Source of the DNA: Bacilli bacterium
GTDB taxonomy: Bacteria > Bacillota_I > Bacilli_A > RFN20 > CAG-826
Assembly (NCBI GenBank): GCA_045222195.1
Contig: JBGUXN010000028.1
Coordinates: forward strand, 41,045-105,044
Length of the DNA stretch: 64,000 bases
Reading direction: 5' to 3'
Both the position numbers and the translations under genes were made by a program. A model generated the notes under the pieces. It was given only the letters and a program-made list of their open reading frames with translations. It made no database searches and had not been told where the DNA came from. Every line of letters begins with the position of its first letter. Positions within the stretch are counted from its first letter, which is position 1. Shown here one piece after another: positions 29,474 through 38,891 of this stretch.

Positions 29474-31213
29474 TTATTCCTTAGGTAAGAATCTCAACAT
29501 ATTGATTGTTGGGACTGTTGTCTTGCATTCAATTGTTACTGTATTAGCACCAGCATTAAGGTTAACTTCGCCGATTAGGTAATCTGTGAATGTGTTACCA
29601 GAAACTGTTCCAGAACCAGCAACAACTGTACCATTAACTTTAATTTCCATGCATGTTGCTAAATCATCTTCTGTTGTGGATTGATAGCCACCAGAAGCTC
29701 TACATCTGATGTACATATTGAATGCACCAGCAGCACCTTCGTTATTAACAGCCACTGTTAAGATGGCGCCTTCTGGCCATGCATTAACGATATAGTTATA
29801 TGGAGCTTGTAAATTTTGAGATGTTCTGAATGTGACAACATCACCTTCAGATGTACCTTCGTTAATACTAACAGCGATAACACCTTCAGCTTCAGTAACT
29901 GTCACTGGAAGTCTAAGTGTCTTATAGCCTTCTTTGGAAATGCTGATTGTGGTTGTACCAACTTTAACACCGGTAACTAAGCCTGTATCACTAACTGTCG
30001 CAACAGCTTCATTAGCAGACTTATAAGATAATTCAGTTAAAGCACTATTAATTTGAGCGGTTTTACCTTCTTTAACAGTAATACTTTCTTGTTCAACGAC
30101 GATATCTGGTTTAGCGGCTGGTTTAACAACGGCGATTGTAGCAGAGCTTTCAGCATAGATATTTAAGTCGTCCATATATGGGGAGCTAGCTAAGAATGCG
30201 AAATCTAAGACGTTATTGCTTGCGATGATATCGACTTCACCAAATGAGAATTCAATGAATGTGTTAGTATCGCCACCACCTTCGAATGATTTGCCGGCTA
30301 AATCAATAGCAACATTATTGAATTTAACATTCATAACAGCGCTCATATCACTAACAGCACTTCTAGCCGCCATCATCATAACTAATTCAGCTTTAACAGC
30401 TTTATCAGAGGTAAACGTTAAGACTTCGGTATCACCATTATCCATATAGGCAATACATGTGCCATCAGAGGCATTGCCACTACTTCTAGCATAAACTGGT
30501 GATTCTTCACCTGGACCATAGATAGTGCCACTATAATTTGTACCCCACATGCCATCGGCTGAGAAGTGATCAGCGTCTTCCATATGTAATGTAGCGGTTG
30601 GATCAGGTCTTACAACGGAAATGGCTTGTGAGCCTGGATTTAAGTTATTACCAGAAGCGGTAATTGTCGCACTGCCAACTTTAACAGCAGTAACTAAACC
30701 TGAATTGCTAACTGTCGCAATGTTATTATCGCTTGATGCCCATGTAACGCCTTGTTTATCAGCGTTTAATTGGACTGTTTCACCCACTAAGAGGCTTGTT
30801 TTGCCGCCTTCAGCAACAGTAACTTTGATTGTTTCATAGTCAACACTGATAGTAATTGAGCCATCTTTGTAGCCTTCTTTAATGGCTTTGATTGTGGCAC
30901 TACCCTTGCTAACGGATGTGACTAAACCAGCTGGGCTGACTGTAGCAATATCTGTTTTGGCCGATTCCCAAGTAACACCTTCGAGTACTTGTTCACCAAC
31001 TTTAGCGGTTAATTGCACTGTTTGACCGAGAATAAGTGATTTCTTACCACCTTCGGCTTCAACAGTAATCTTTTCTTGCTTTTGTTGTGATTCAGATGGT
31101 TGACCTGATTGTCCACCAGATTGTTCATTATTGCTATTACCACAGGCAGCTAGACCCATGCTTAGCGCCAAAACAAAAGCAGCAAACGGAATGAATAGTT
31201 TTCTTCCCTTCAT
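29474..31213 (-). CDS. Big_2-domain surface lipoprotein, paralog 3
   Basis: ATG 31213 with AAAGGA RBS (MKGRKLFIPFAAFVLALSMGLAACG lipobox); same domain order as paralog 2, middle domain EDADHFSADGMWGTNYSG... Confidence 0.75.
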   Translation of the reverse strand: MKGRKLFIPFAAFVLALSMGLAACGNSNNEQSGGQSGQPSESQQKQEKITVEAEGGKKSLILGQTVQLTAKVGEQVLEGVTWESAKTDIATVSPAGLVTSVSKGSATIKAIKEGYKDGSITISVDYETIKVTVAEGGKTSLLVGETVQLNADKQGVTWASSDNNIATVSNSGLVTAVKVGSATITASGNNLNPGSQAISVVRPDPTATLHMEDADHFSADGMWGTNYSGTIYGPGEESPVYARSSGNASDGTCIAYMDNGDTEVLTFTSDKAVKAELVMMMAARSAVSDMSAVMNVKFNNVAIDLAGKSFEGGGDTNTFIEFSFGEVDIIASNNVLDFAFLASSPYMDDLNIYAESSATIAVVKPAAKPDIVVEQESITVKEGKTAQINSALTELSYKSANEAVATVSDTGLVTGVKVGTTTISISKEGYKTLRLPVTVTEAEGVIAVSINEGTSEGDVVTFRTSQNLQAPYNYIVNAWPEGAILTVAVNNEGAAGAFNMYIRCRASGGYQSTTEDDLATCMEIKVNGTVVAGSGTVSGNTFTDYLIGEVNLNAGANTVTIECKTTVPTINMLRFLPKE

Positions 31214-31339
31214 TATAAAATTCCTTTCTGGACCCCGGATTAAATACGCCAAAAAAGATCAGCTATTTCGAGATTAAGGCCCTTTTCTAAAGTTTATTAT
31301 AACCTATTTTTATAAAAAAGGTTGTAAAATATATACAGT

Positions 31340-32110
31340 ATGAGACGATGGAATCTAATAATTTCGATATTGTTGTTCATCTTGGGAGCTCTCTGTTTTA
31401 TCTTTTTTGAAGCCGTTCCAGTCACCATTTTTAGCGACGCTCTTGCTAATAAATTGATATGCGGATTTTTGTCTAGATTTGGGATGAGTCTTTTGTTCAT
31501 TTGGCTATTATGGCAATTCGGTGGACGTAAGTATCTTCTATTTGATGGTTCATTCTTTAAGAGTTTGGTGTGGGCCTTACCTTGTTTCATGGTGGCGTTT
31601 ATCAATTTCCCATACAGCGCTCTTATCAGTGGAGGAGCTTCCATCGACAGATTGGAGTTATTAGGGTTATACGCTCTTTATATCTTAGGAATATCTCTTT
31701 TAGAAGAATTGATTTTTAGAGGGATAGCAATTGTGGTAATTAGTGATTTCTTTAGAGGAAAGAAACACGCTCCACTATTTACTGCTTTAATTAGTAGTGC
31801 TGTCTTCTCCTTATTCCATTTAACTAACTTATTCATAGGAGCGGATATCGGAAGCGTATTATTACAATGCTCATATACCTTCTTAATTGGTGGTATGTTA
31901 GCGGTCACTATGCTCAAAACCAAAAACATTTGGTTATGCGTATTGATTCACTACATTTTTGACTTTGGTGGATTATTAATTATTCAAATAGGTTCAGGCA
32001 ATCCATGGGATCTCGTCTTCTGGATTCTCACTATTGTGGGTGGGGTGCTTTGCGCTGGTCATATATTGGTAACTCTGTTAAGATTAGAAAAAGATTATGT
32101 ATCCGAATGA
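31340..32110 (+). CDS. CPBP-family (CAAX protease/Abi-like) intramembrane metalloprotease
   Basis: EELIFRG and FSLFHL motifs in a 256-aa polytopic protein. Confidence 0.8.
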   Translation: MRRWNLIISILLFILGALCFIFFEAVPVTIFSDALANKLICGFLSRFGMSLLFIWLLWQFGGRKYLLFDGSFFKSLVWALPCFMVAFINFPYSALISGGASIDRLELLGLYALYILGISLLEELIFRGIAIVVISDFFRGKKHAPLFTALISSAVFSLFHLTNLFIGADIGSVLLQCSYTFLIGGMLAVTMLKTKNIWLCVLIHYIFDFGGLLIIQIGSGNPWDLVFWILTIVGGVLCAGHILVTLLRLEKDYVSE

Positions 32111-32921
32111 ATTATTTAACATCTTTGGTGTCTCAGTGGATTTATATACCATTTGTTTTCTTGTTGGTATTATCGCTTGCTTGATATTCACTATTGTCGC
32201 TATGAAAAAATGCGGATATTCAAGTACTTCAAGAGATGCCATTATCTTCATCGGTATACTTTCAATAATGATTGGCCTATTATCCGCAGCGCTTTTCCAA
32301 GCGTTCTATAACTTAATCGCTGGTAAAGGCTTTAAGTTTGAAGGCATGACCTTTATTGGAGGCTTAATTGGAGGCGTCATTGCTTTCGTCGGCCTATATT
32401 TCTTATACGTTTATGTCATCAATCCGCGTTTAAAAGAAAAGAGCTTCTTTAAATCAGATATGAACAAAGGCATCTGGTATTTACTAAGAATTGCCCCTAT
32501 TTCTATTACTATCGCCCATGGTTTTGGTCGTATTGGTTGTTTTTTTGCGGGGTGCTGTTATGGAAAAGAAACAGATGCGTGGTATGGAATTCAATTCCCA
32601 GGACTACACACTAAAGTTATTCCAACTCAATTATTTGAGGCTATTTTCTTATTTGTGCTAAGCGCAGCGATGATTGTTTTATTGTTCGTTGTTAACTTTA
32701 AATACAATATGTCTTTATATTTAATAAGTTATGGCATTTGGAGATTTGTCATCGAATACTTTAGGGGTGATTATCGTGGAAGTTTTATTCCAGGATTATC
32801 ACCATCACAGTTCTGGTCAATCATTATGGTTTTATTAGGTATAGCGATATTCTTCTTATATAAGAAGTTTGATCCTAAGTTTAATAAAGAGCCTGAGCAA
32901 ATAGAAAAGGATGTCGAATAG
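32097..32921 (+). CDS. lgt: prolipoprotein diacylglyceryl transferase
   Basis: Lgt signature HGFGRIGCFFAGCCYGKETDAWYGIQFPG; 274 aa; 14-nt overlap with preceding CPBP gene. Confidence 0.85.
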   Translation: MYPNELFNIFGVSVDLYTICFLVGIIACLIFTIVAMKKCGYSSTSRDAIIFIGILSIMIGLLSAALFQAFYNLIAGKGFKFEGMTFIGGLIGGVIAFVGLYFLYVYVINPRLKEKSFFKSDMNKGIWYLLRIAPISITIAHGFGRIGCFFAGCCYGKETDAWYGIQFPGLHTKVIPTQLFEAIFLFVLSAAMIVLLFVVNFKYNMSLYLISYGIWRFVIEYFRGDYRGSFIPGLSPSQFWSIIMVLLGIAIFFLYKKFDPKFNKEPEQIEKDVE

Positions 32922-32948
32922 ACACCCTTTTTAATTTAATCAATTAAA

Positions 32949-34457
32949 TTACTTTTGGAAATATAATCTATGAGCATAGCTCACTGGTTCTTCGGTCACA
33001 TTGATACCTAAGGCCGTTAATGTTCTTAAATCTGCATCAGAGAGGATACAAGAACAATGTGCTTCAGAACCTTTTAATTTTGGTAATTGCTTAAGCGCTA
33101 ATTCGGCAAGAGGGTTGCTACTTGCTTGAATGGCTAAGGCAATTAAGATTTCTTCACTACGGATACGTGGGTTTTCTTTCTTGAGTGGACCAGTTTTGAG
33201 GTCCGCCATTGGGGTAACCACGTGAGGAGAAATAAGATGTATTGAGTCATCAATCTTGCCTAATAACTTTAAGGTATTAAGTAACATCGCTGCCGGAGCG
33301 CCTAATAAGATAGAACGTTTGCCAGTCACGATCTTACCGTTTGGAAGTTGAATAGCGATAACTCTTTCTTTACACTTTTTGGCTTTTTCCAAACAAGCTT
33401 TAACAACTGGACGATCATCAGTAGATACACCTACCGCACCCATCAAAGCTTCTTCTTTGACGATTGTGTCATCAGAGAACTTACCTAAGAAAACATTCTT
33501 TTTGGCTTGATAATATCTTCTAATGATTTCTTGCTTAGAGGCCTCACATGCCGCTTTATCGCTAACAATCGCAAAGCCCACCATATTAACACCCATGTCG
33601 GTTGGTGATTGATACGGGGAGGAACCATAAATCTTTTCAAAGATGGTCTTTAATAATGGGAATGTTTCAATGTCACGGTTATAGTTAGTGGCAGTTTTGC
33701 CATAGGCCGCTAAATGATATGGGTCAATCATGTTAACGTCCGCTAAATCGACGGTCGCTGCTTCATAAGCTAAATTAACAGGATGTTCTAATGGCAAATT
33801 CCACACTGGGAATGTTTCATATTTAGCATAACCAGATTTAATGCCTCTCGACATATCGTGATATAGTTGAGAAAGGCAAACCGCCATCTTACCACTACCA
33901 GGACCTGGAGCGGTCACAACGATTAATGATCTAGTTGTTTCGACATAGTCATTTCTTTGGAAACCATCGCTACCAAAAACACTGACTAGATTTTGTGGAT
34001 AACCAACAATACGATAGTGTTTGTACACTTTTATGCCGTTTTTGCGGAGTTTTTGCGCAAATTGACGGACAGTTGGGTGGTCTTCATAGAAGCAAAGAAC
34101 GACACTAGAAACAAATAATCCCGCGGCTTGATAAGCATCGATTAATCTTTCAACTTCAGATTCATAAGTAATGCCTAAGTCATTACGGACTTTATTGAAT
34201 TTGATATCGTCAGCGTTGACCGCCATGACGATTTCTGCGTGATCAGAAAGAGTTAATAACATTTGAAGTTTTGAATCAGGCTCAAAACCCGGTAAAACTC
34301 TTGAGGCATGGAAGTCATCGAAAAGTTTACCACCGAATTCAAGATAAAGTTTGCCGCCGAAGCTTTTAATGCGTTTTAAAATCGCTTCGCGTTGGACTTT
34401 TAAATATTTTTTATTATCGAAGGCTAGTTTCTTTCTACTCGTCGGCATAGTTATCAA
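32949..34457 (-). CDS. UPF0371/DUF1846-family protein (function unknown)
   Basis: 502 aa soluble protein; family call from recollection of the UPF0371 N-terminus; 23-nt overlap with upstream CofE-like gene. Confidence 0.6.
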   Translation of the reverse strand: MITMPTSRKKLAFDNKKYLKVQREAILKRIKSFGGKLYLEFGGKLFDDFHASRVLPGFEPDSKLQMLLTLSDHAEIVMAVNADDIKFNKVRNDLGITYESEVERLIDAYQAAGLFVSSVVLCFYEDHPTVRQFAQKLRKNGIKVYKHYRIVGYPQNLVSVFGSDGFQRNDYVETTRSLIVVTAPGPGSGKMAVCLSQLYHDMSRGIKSGYAKYETFPVWNLPLEHPVNLAYEAATVDLADVNMIDPYHLAAYGKTATNYNRDIETFPLLKTIFEKIYGSSPYQSPTDMGVNMVGFAIVSDKAACEASKQEIIRRYYQAKKNVFLGKFSDDTIVKEEALMGAVGVSTDDRPVVKACLEKAKKCKERVIAIQLPNGKIVTGKRSILLGAPAAMLLNTLKLLGKIDDSIHLISPHVVTPMADLKTGPLKKENPRIRSEEILIALAIQASSNPLAELALKQLPKLKGSEAHCSCILSDADLRTLTALGINVTEEPVSYAHRLYFQK

Positions 34458-35625
34458 AGTATCCTTGGATTAAAACCACAGGCGTACCTTTATCACCAGA
34501 GCCACTTGTTAAGTCACAGAGTGAGCCTAATAAATCGGTAATTTGTCTTGGGGTTGTGCCTTCGGAAACCATGTTACCCACAAGATCTTTTTCCTTGGCT
34601 TTAATATCTTCTTTAATTGCGTCCGCTAATTCTTTGCCTTTTAAACCTTTATAGGCATTATCAGCGAGGTATTTTAATTTGAGTTCGTTTGGCGTGCCTT
34701 TTAAACCTGGGGTAAAGAATGGGGAGACGACTGGGTCGGCTAATTCCCAAATCTTGCCTTGTGGATCTTTGAATGCACCATCACCGTATATCATGACTTC
34801 AATATGTTTGCCAGTCTTTTCTAATAAAGCTTCTTGGACACCATCAACGAGTGGTTGCGCATCTCTTGGGAAGAGTTTGACTGTTTCTTCTGTGGCTTTA
34901 TTGGAACCTAATAAACCATACTTTTGGTTATAACCAGAACCATTAACGGATTCGGTCATGATATCATCAAGGGCTAACACTAATTCAGCGCCTTTATCTT
35001 TCAATAATCTCTTAGAAGCAAATCTTGTGTGGATATCACAAGTTAAAACTTTCTTTGTATATTTAAGGATAGCGTCCGCTCTATTGGCGAAGATGACTTC
35101 GACATCAGCGCCTTGTTCTTTAATTAAATTCACATAGTAATCGACGTAGTCGACACCAGTAAATTCATGGACTCTATAACCAAATAATTCTCTATATTTT
35201 TCTAAGCTTAAAACATCGCTATATGGGTTGACGCCAGCTTCATAAACTTGATCAAAAGTAATTAAAGCGTTACCAACTTCATCGCTTGGATATGAAAGCA
35301 TTAAATAAACTTTCTTAACGCCTTTAGCGATACCTTTAAGCAAAATAGCAAATCTATTTCTACTTAAGATAGGAAAAATGACCGCTACTTCGTCGCCACC
35401 GGTTTTCTTTCTAACATCGTTAGCAATGTCATCAATTGAAGCGTAGTTACCTTGGCAACGGGCGACAATTGATTCGGTGATTGCGACAACATCGCGATCA
35501 TGGAATTTAAATCCTTCGTTTTCTGCGGCTTTTAAAACCGAATCAACGACAATGCTCTTAATGTCGTCACCAGTTTTTAACACGGGAAGCCTAATCCCTC
35601 TAGAAGTGACACCAACACATCTCAT
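34435..35625 (-). CDS. CofE-like (F420-0:gamma-glutamyl ligase family) protein with N-terminal extension
   Basis: GIRLPVLKTGDDIKSIVVD...VVAITESIVARCQGN resembles the CofE/FbiB N-terminal ligase region; organism is unlikely to make F420. Confidence 0.45.
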   Translation of the reverse strand: MRCVGVTSRGIRLPVLKTGDDIKSIVVDSVLKAAENEGFKFHDRDVVAITESIVARCQGNYASIDDIANDVRKKTGGDEVAVIFPILSRNRFAILLKGIAKGVKKVYLMLSYPSDEVGNALITFDQVYEAGVNPYSDVLSLEKYRELFGYRVHEFTGVDYVDYYVNLIKEQGADVEVIFANRADAILKYTKKVLTCDIHTRFASKRLLKDKGAELVLALDDIMTESVNGSGYNQKYGLLGSNKATEETVKLFPRDAQPLVDGVQEALLEKTGKHIEVMIYGDGAFKDPQGKIWELADPVVSPFFTPGLKGTPNELKLKYLADNAYKGLKGKELADAIKEDIKAKEKDLVGNMVSEGTTPRQITDLLGSLCDLTSGSGDKGTPVVLIQGYFDNYADE

Positions 35626-35639
35626 AAAATGTTTCTCCT

Positions 35640-37067
35640 TTATTTTTTCTCCTTACGTATTTTTGCAAGGATGTTTCTAGCAATGTAGACACCACACGCA
35701 CCAGCTTGGGCTAAGCCTCTTGTTAAGCCAGCACCATCTCCACCGACGTAGAGATTCTTTATTTCTTTAACTTCTAATTTGTTATCGATTTCTGGGTGAG
35801 AACTATAATATTTAGCTTCAACACCATAGAGTAATGTGTGTTCGGTAGCAATACCAGGAGTGATATAGTCGAGCACTTGAATCATTTCGATGATGGCTTG
35901 CATCGTCTTTTGTGGCAAGCAAAGGGCCAAATCGCCTGGTACAGCTTCTTTTAAGGTTGGTCTTACAAATCCTTCATTGATACGTTTAACTGTGCTACGT
36001 CTGCCTTGTTTGATATCGCCATAACGTTGCACTAAAACGGAACCACAAGCGAGTTGGTTCGCTAAAGAAGAGACTTTAAGAGCGTATTCATTAGGTTTTT
36101 TGAATGGTTCTTCAAAGTGATGAGTCACGAGTAAAGCGAAGTTAGTGTTTTCACTGGAAAGTTTTGGATCATTATAAGAATGACCGTTAACGTTAACAAC
36201 ACCTTGGTAGTTTTCCATAACGACGTGACCTCCTGGATTGGAACAGAATGTTCTAACAGTACTACCAGTAGAGGCTTTAAATAGGAACTTGCCTTCGTAT
36301 AAGTGTTTATTGATATCTTCCATGACCATATTTGGGCATTCCACACGGACACCAATATCGACTTGGTTTTGAGTCATTTCAATATGATATTTTTCAAATA
36401 GATCTGTTAACCATTGGCTACCTTCTCTACCAACCGCTAATAAAACGTAATCCGCTTCAATTTGATAGCCTTTATCAGTGACAACACCTTTAACTTTACC
36501 ATCTTCGACGATGACATCTTTAATTGCGGTGCTAAAGCAGCAATCAACTTTTTCTTTTAAATCAAAATAAATTCTAGTTAAAATCTTTAAGTTTTCTTCA
36601 GTGCCTAAATGTCTAACTTTACTATGTAAAAGTTTCAAGCCAACGGACATGGCTTTTCTTTCAATTTCTCTCACTTCAGGAGTGAATGGGTCGGTGATAA
36701 CTGGTGTGGCACCATATTTAAGGTTGATTTCATCGACATAATGAATGAGTTTCATCAAGTCATCTGGATCAATGTAATCTTGTAGCCAACCACCGAATTC
36801 TGTGGTGATATTAAATTTGCCGTCAGAATACGCACCCGCACCACCAAAACCATTAGTGATTGAGCAAGCTGGATAGCATTCTTGATAGCCCTTCGCGTTC
36901 TTTGGGCATCTAGTTAATTTATGTTCTAAAACTGGACAATGTCTATTTTCGATAGAGAGACCTTTGTCGATAAGCATTACTTTGAGTTCAGGATTCTTTT
37001 TGACTAATTCATAAGCACAAAAGTATCCGCTTGGACCCGCGCCAACAATCACGACATCGTATTTCAT
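35640..37067 (-). CDS. FAD-dependent oxidoreductase (COG2509-like 'uncharacterised FAD-dependent dehydrogenase')
   Basis: N-terminal dinucleotide fold MKYDVVIVGAGPSG, second GG motif LYVGGDGAG near C-terminus. Confidence 0.7.
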   Translation of the reverse strand: MKYDVVIVGAGPSGYFCAYELVKKNPELKVMLIDKGLSIENRHCPVLEHKLTRCPKNAKGYQECYPACSITNGFGGAGAYSDGKFNITTEFGGWLQDYIDPDDLMKLIHYVDEINLKYGATPVITDPFTPEVREIERKAMSVGLKLLHSKVRHLGTEENLKILTRIYFDLKEKVDCCFSTAIKDVIVEDGKVKGVVTDKGYQIEADYVLLAVGREGSQWLTDLFEKYHIEMTQNQVDIGVRVECPNMVMEDINKHLYEGKFLFKASTGSTVRTFCSNPGGHVVMENYQGVVNVNGHSYNDPKLSSENTNFALLVTHHFEEPFKKPNEYALKVSSLANQLACGSVLVQRYGDIKQGRRSTVKRINEGFVRPTLKEAVPGDLALCLPQKTMQAIIEMIQVLDYITPGIATEHTLLYGVEAKYYSSHPEIDNKLEVKEIKNLYVGGDGAGLTRGLAQAGACGVYIARNILAKIRKEKK

Positions 37068-37222
37068 AGGTATCTCCTTTAAGTCTTTTCAAAAAGAAAA
37101 AACACACTATAAAATTATACAGCATGCACGCGCATTTGTTAATAAAAACCCATGTCAATTTTTCTTTATATAACAATAAAAAGCGATTCATAACGAACCG
37201 CTTTGTTTGATTTATTTAGTTA

Positions 37223-38158
37223 TTAATAGTTTTCGTCAATCCATTTAGCGATGACTGGTGCTAGAGAAACGATAGACACCACGTCTTCTTCTTGTGGGAT
37301 TGAGTCGCTGATGGCGATATCTAAGATACCGCATCTATATAACTTAGCGAGAGCGTTCTTGGAAAAGATACCATGACATGCACAGATTAAGATACCTTTT
37401 GCGTCGTTCTTTAATAATTCTTTACTGGCCGCGATAATTGTGCCACCAGTATCGATGATATCGTCGATCATTAAGCAGTATTTACCCGCAACAGGTTCAC
37501 CCTTGATGTTAGTAATAACGGCTTTATTTGGTTCAGGACGGTATTTATTTAAGACTGCAATTGGGATATCGCCTAACGCTTTAGATAAGTGCTTAGCTCT
37601 TTCAAGACCACCTTTGTCTGGAGAAACGATGACAATATCGTCTAGAGAGATTCTAAATTTCTTTAAGCGTTCGCGATAATATTTGGCAAAAACAGAAGAT
37701 GAGTATAGTTCTTTGCATTCCATTCCTTCAAAGAATGGTTCCATGGAACCACTATGGTAATCAACCGAGATAACTCTGTTACAACCAGCGGCTCTTAAGC
37801 AGTTAGCGACGAGCTTCGCACTGATTGGATCACCAAAGTCAATGGTTCTATCTTGTCTCACGTATCCGAAATAAGGGATAATCGCGGTAATTGATCTGGC
37901 TTCCGCTCTTTTTAAGGAATCGATGAAGATCAATAATTCCATTAATTTGTCATTAACTGGCTGACATGTGGAATGGATAATGATGCAATCCTTGCCTTTG
38001 ATATCGTAATCAGGACAAGCGCGGGCAAAAATTTCGTTGTCTGCGAATCTCTTAACGATTGCGCAACTCTTCTTCATGCCCAATTCTTCGCACACCTTGT
38101 TGGTCAACTCTTCACAAGATGTCAAAGAGAACAATAAAGTTTTTTCTTTGTTTTTCAT
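37223..38158 (-). CDS. prs: ribose-phosphate pyrophosphokinase
   Basis: ATG 38158 with GAGGGA RBS; PRPP-binding DDIIDTGGT and YFGYVRQDR motifs. Confidence 0.9.
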   Translation of the reverse strand: MKNKEKTLLFSLTSCEELTNKVCEELGMKKSCAIVKRFADNEIFARACPDYDIKGKDCIIIHSTCQPVNDKLMELLIFIDSLKRAEARSITAIIPYFGYVRQDRTIDFGDPISAKLVANCLRAAGCNRVISVDYHSGSMEPFFEGMECKELYSSSVFAKYYRERLKKFRISLDDIVIVSPDKGGLERAKHLSKALGDIPIAVLNKYRPEPNKAVITNIKGEPVAGKYCLMIDDIIDTGGTIIAASKELLKNDAKGILICACHGIFSKNALAKLYRCGILDIAISDSIPQEEDVVSIVSLAPVIAKWIDENY

Positions 38159-38211
38159 GACTTTCTTTCCCTCTTTCAACTGAAAGGAATTAATTTTTTA
38201 AAGTTTAGAAA

Positions 38212-38886
38212 TTAGATAATTGGTCTATCTTCGGTTGTACCGTTTGTGGTACCAAAGATTCTATCACCACAATCGCCTAAACCTGGGCAAATATAAGCAT
38301 TGCTATTAAGTTCACGGTCGAGAGCGCCGATAAATAATGGAATATCTGGGTATTTCTTGCAGAATGCTTCGACACCTTCTGGAGCGGCGATAATGCAGAT
38401 GAAGGTAATCTTTTTAGCACCATGCTTTTTAAGCATCTTCACTGCGTCGATCGCAGAACCACCGGTTGCGAGCATTGGGTCCACTAAGTAGACGTCTTTT
38501 TCGGAAATATCCGCTGGTAATTTACAGTAATATTCCACTGGTTCTTTGGTAATTTCGTTACGGTATAAACCAATATGACCACATGTGCATCCTGGAACGA
38601 GTTCCAACATGCCATCCGCCATTCCTAATCCCGCTCTAAGGATAGGGACGAAACATAATTGTTTACGTTTAACAACTGGTTGCATTGTCTTTTCAATTGG
38701 GGTTTCAATTTCCACTAATTGAGTTTCGACGTGTCTTAATGCTTCGTATCCTTCCAACACGGATACTTCTTTAACAAGCATTTTGAATTCACTTGTTTTA
38801 GTTGTTTTGTCTCTTAACTTAGTGATCTTATGAGTGATCAATGGGTGATCGAGAATGGTGACATTTGGGTAATTTTCAAAGGCCAT
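38212..38886 (-). CDS. upp: uracil phosphoribosyltransferase
   Basis: HPLITHKITKLRD..., PRT motif YLVDPMLATGGS. Confidence 0.9.
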   Translation of the reverse strand: MAFENYPNVTILDHPLITHKITKLRDKTTKTSEFKMLVKEVSVLEGYEALRHVETQLVEIETPIEKTMQPVVKRKQLCFVPILRAGLGMADGMLELVPGCTCGHIGLYRNEITKEPVEYYCKLPADISEKDVYLVDPMLATGGSAIDAVKMLKKHGAKKITFICIIAAPEGVEAFCKKYPDIPLFIGALDRELNSNAYICPGLGDCGDRIFGTTNGTTEDRPII

Positions 38887-38891
38887 TTTGA

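Noticed and set aside
31297-31644. 115-aa minus-strand ORF overlapping the CPBP protease gene
   Set aside because: Antisense to a well-supported membrane-protease ORF. Basic low-complexity translation, no RBS.
37009-37191. 60-aa ORF at the FAD-oxidoreductase / prs junction
   Set aside because: Overlaps the oxidoreductase N-terminus and intergenic terminator. Not supported.
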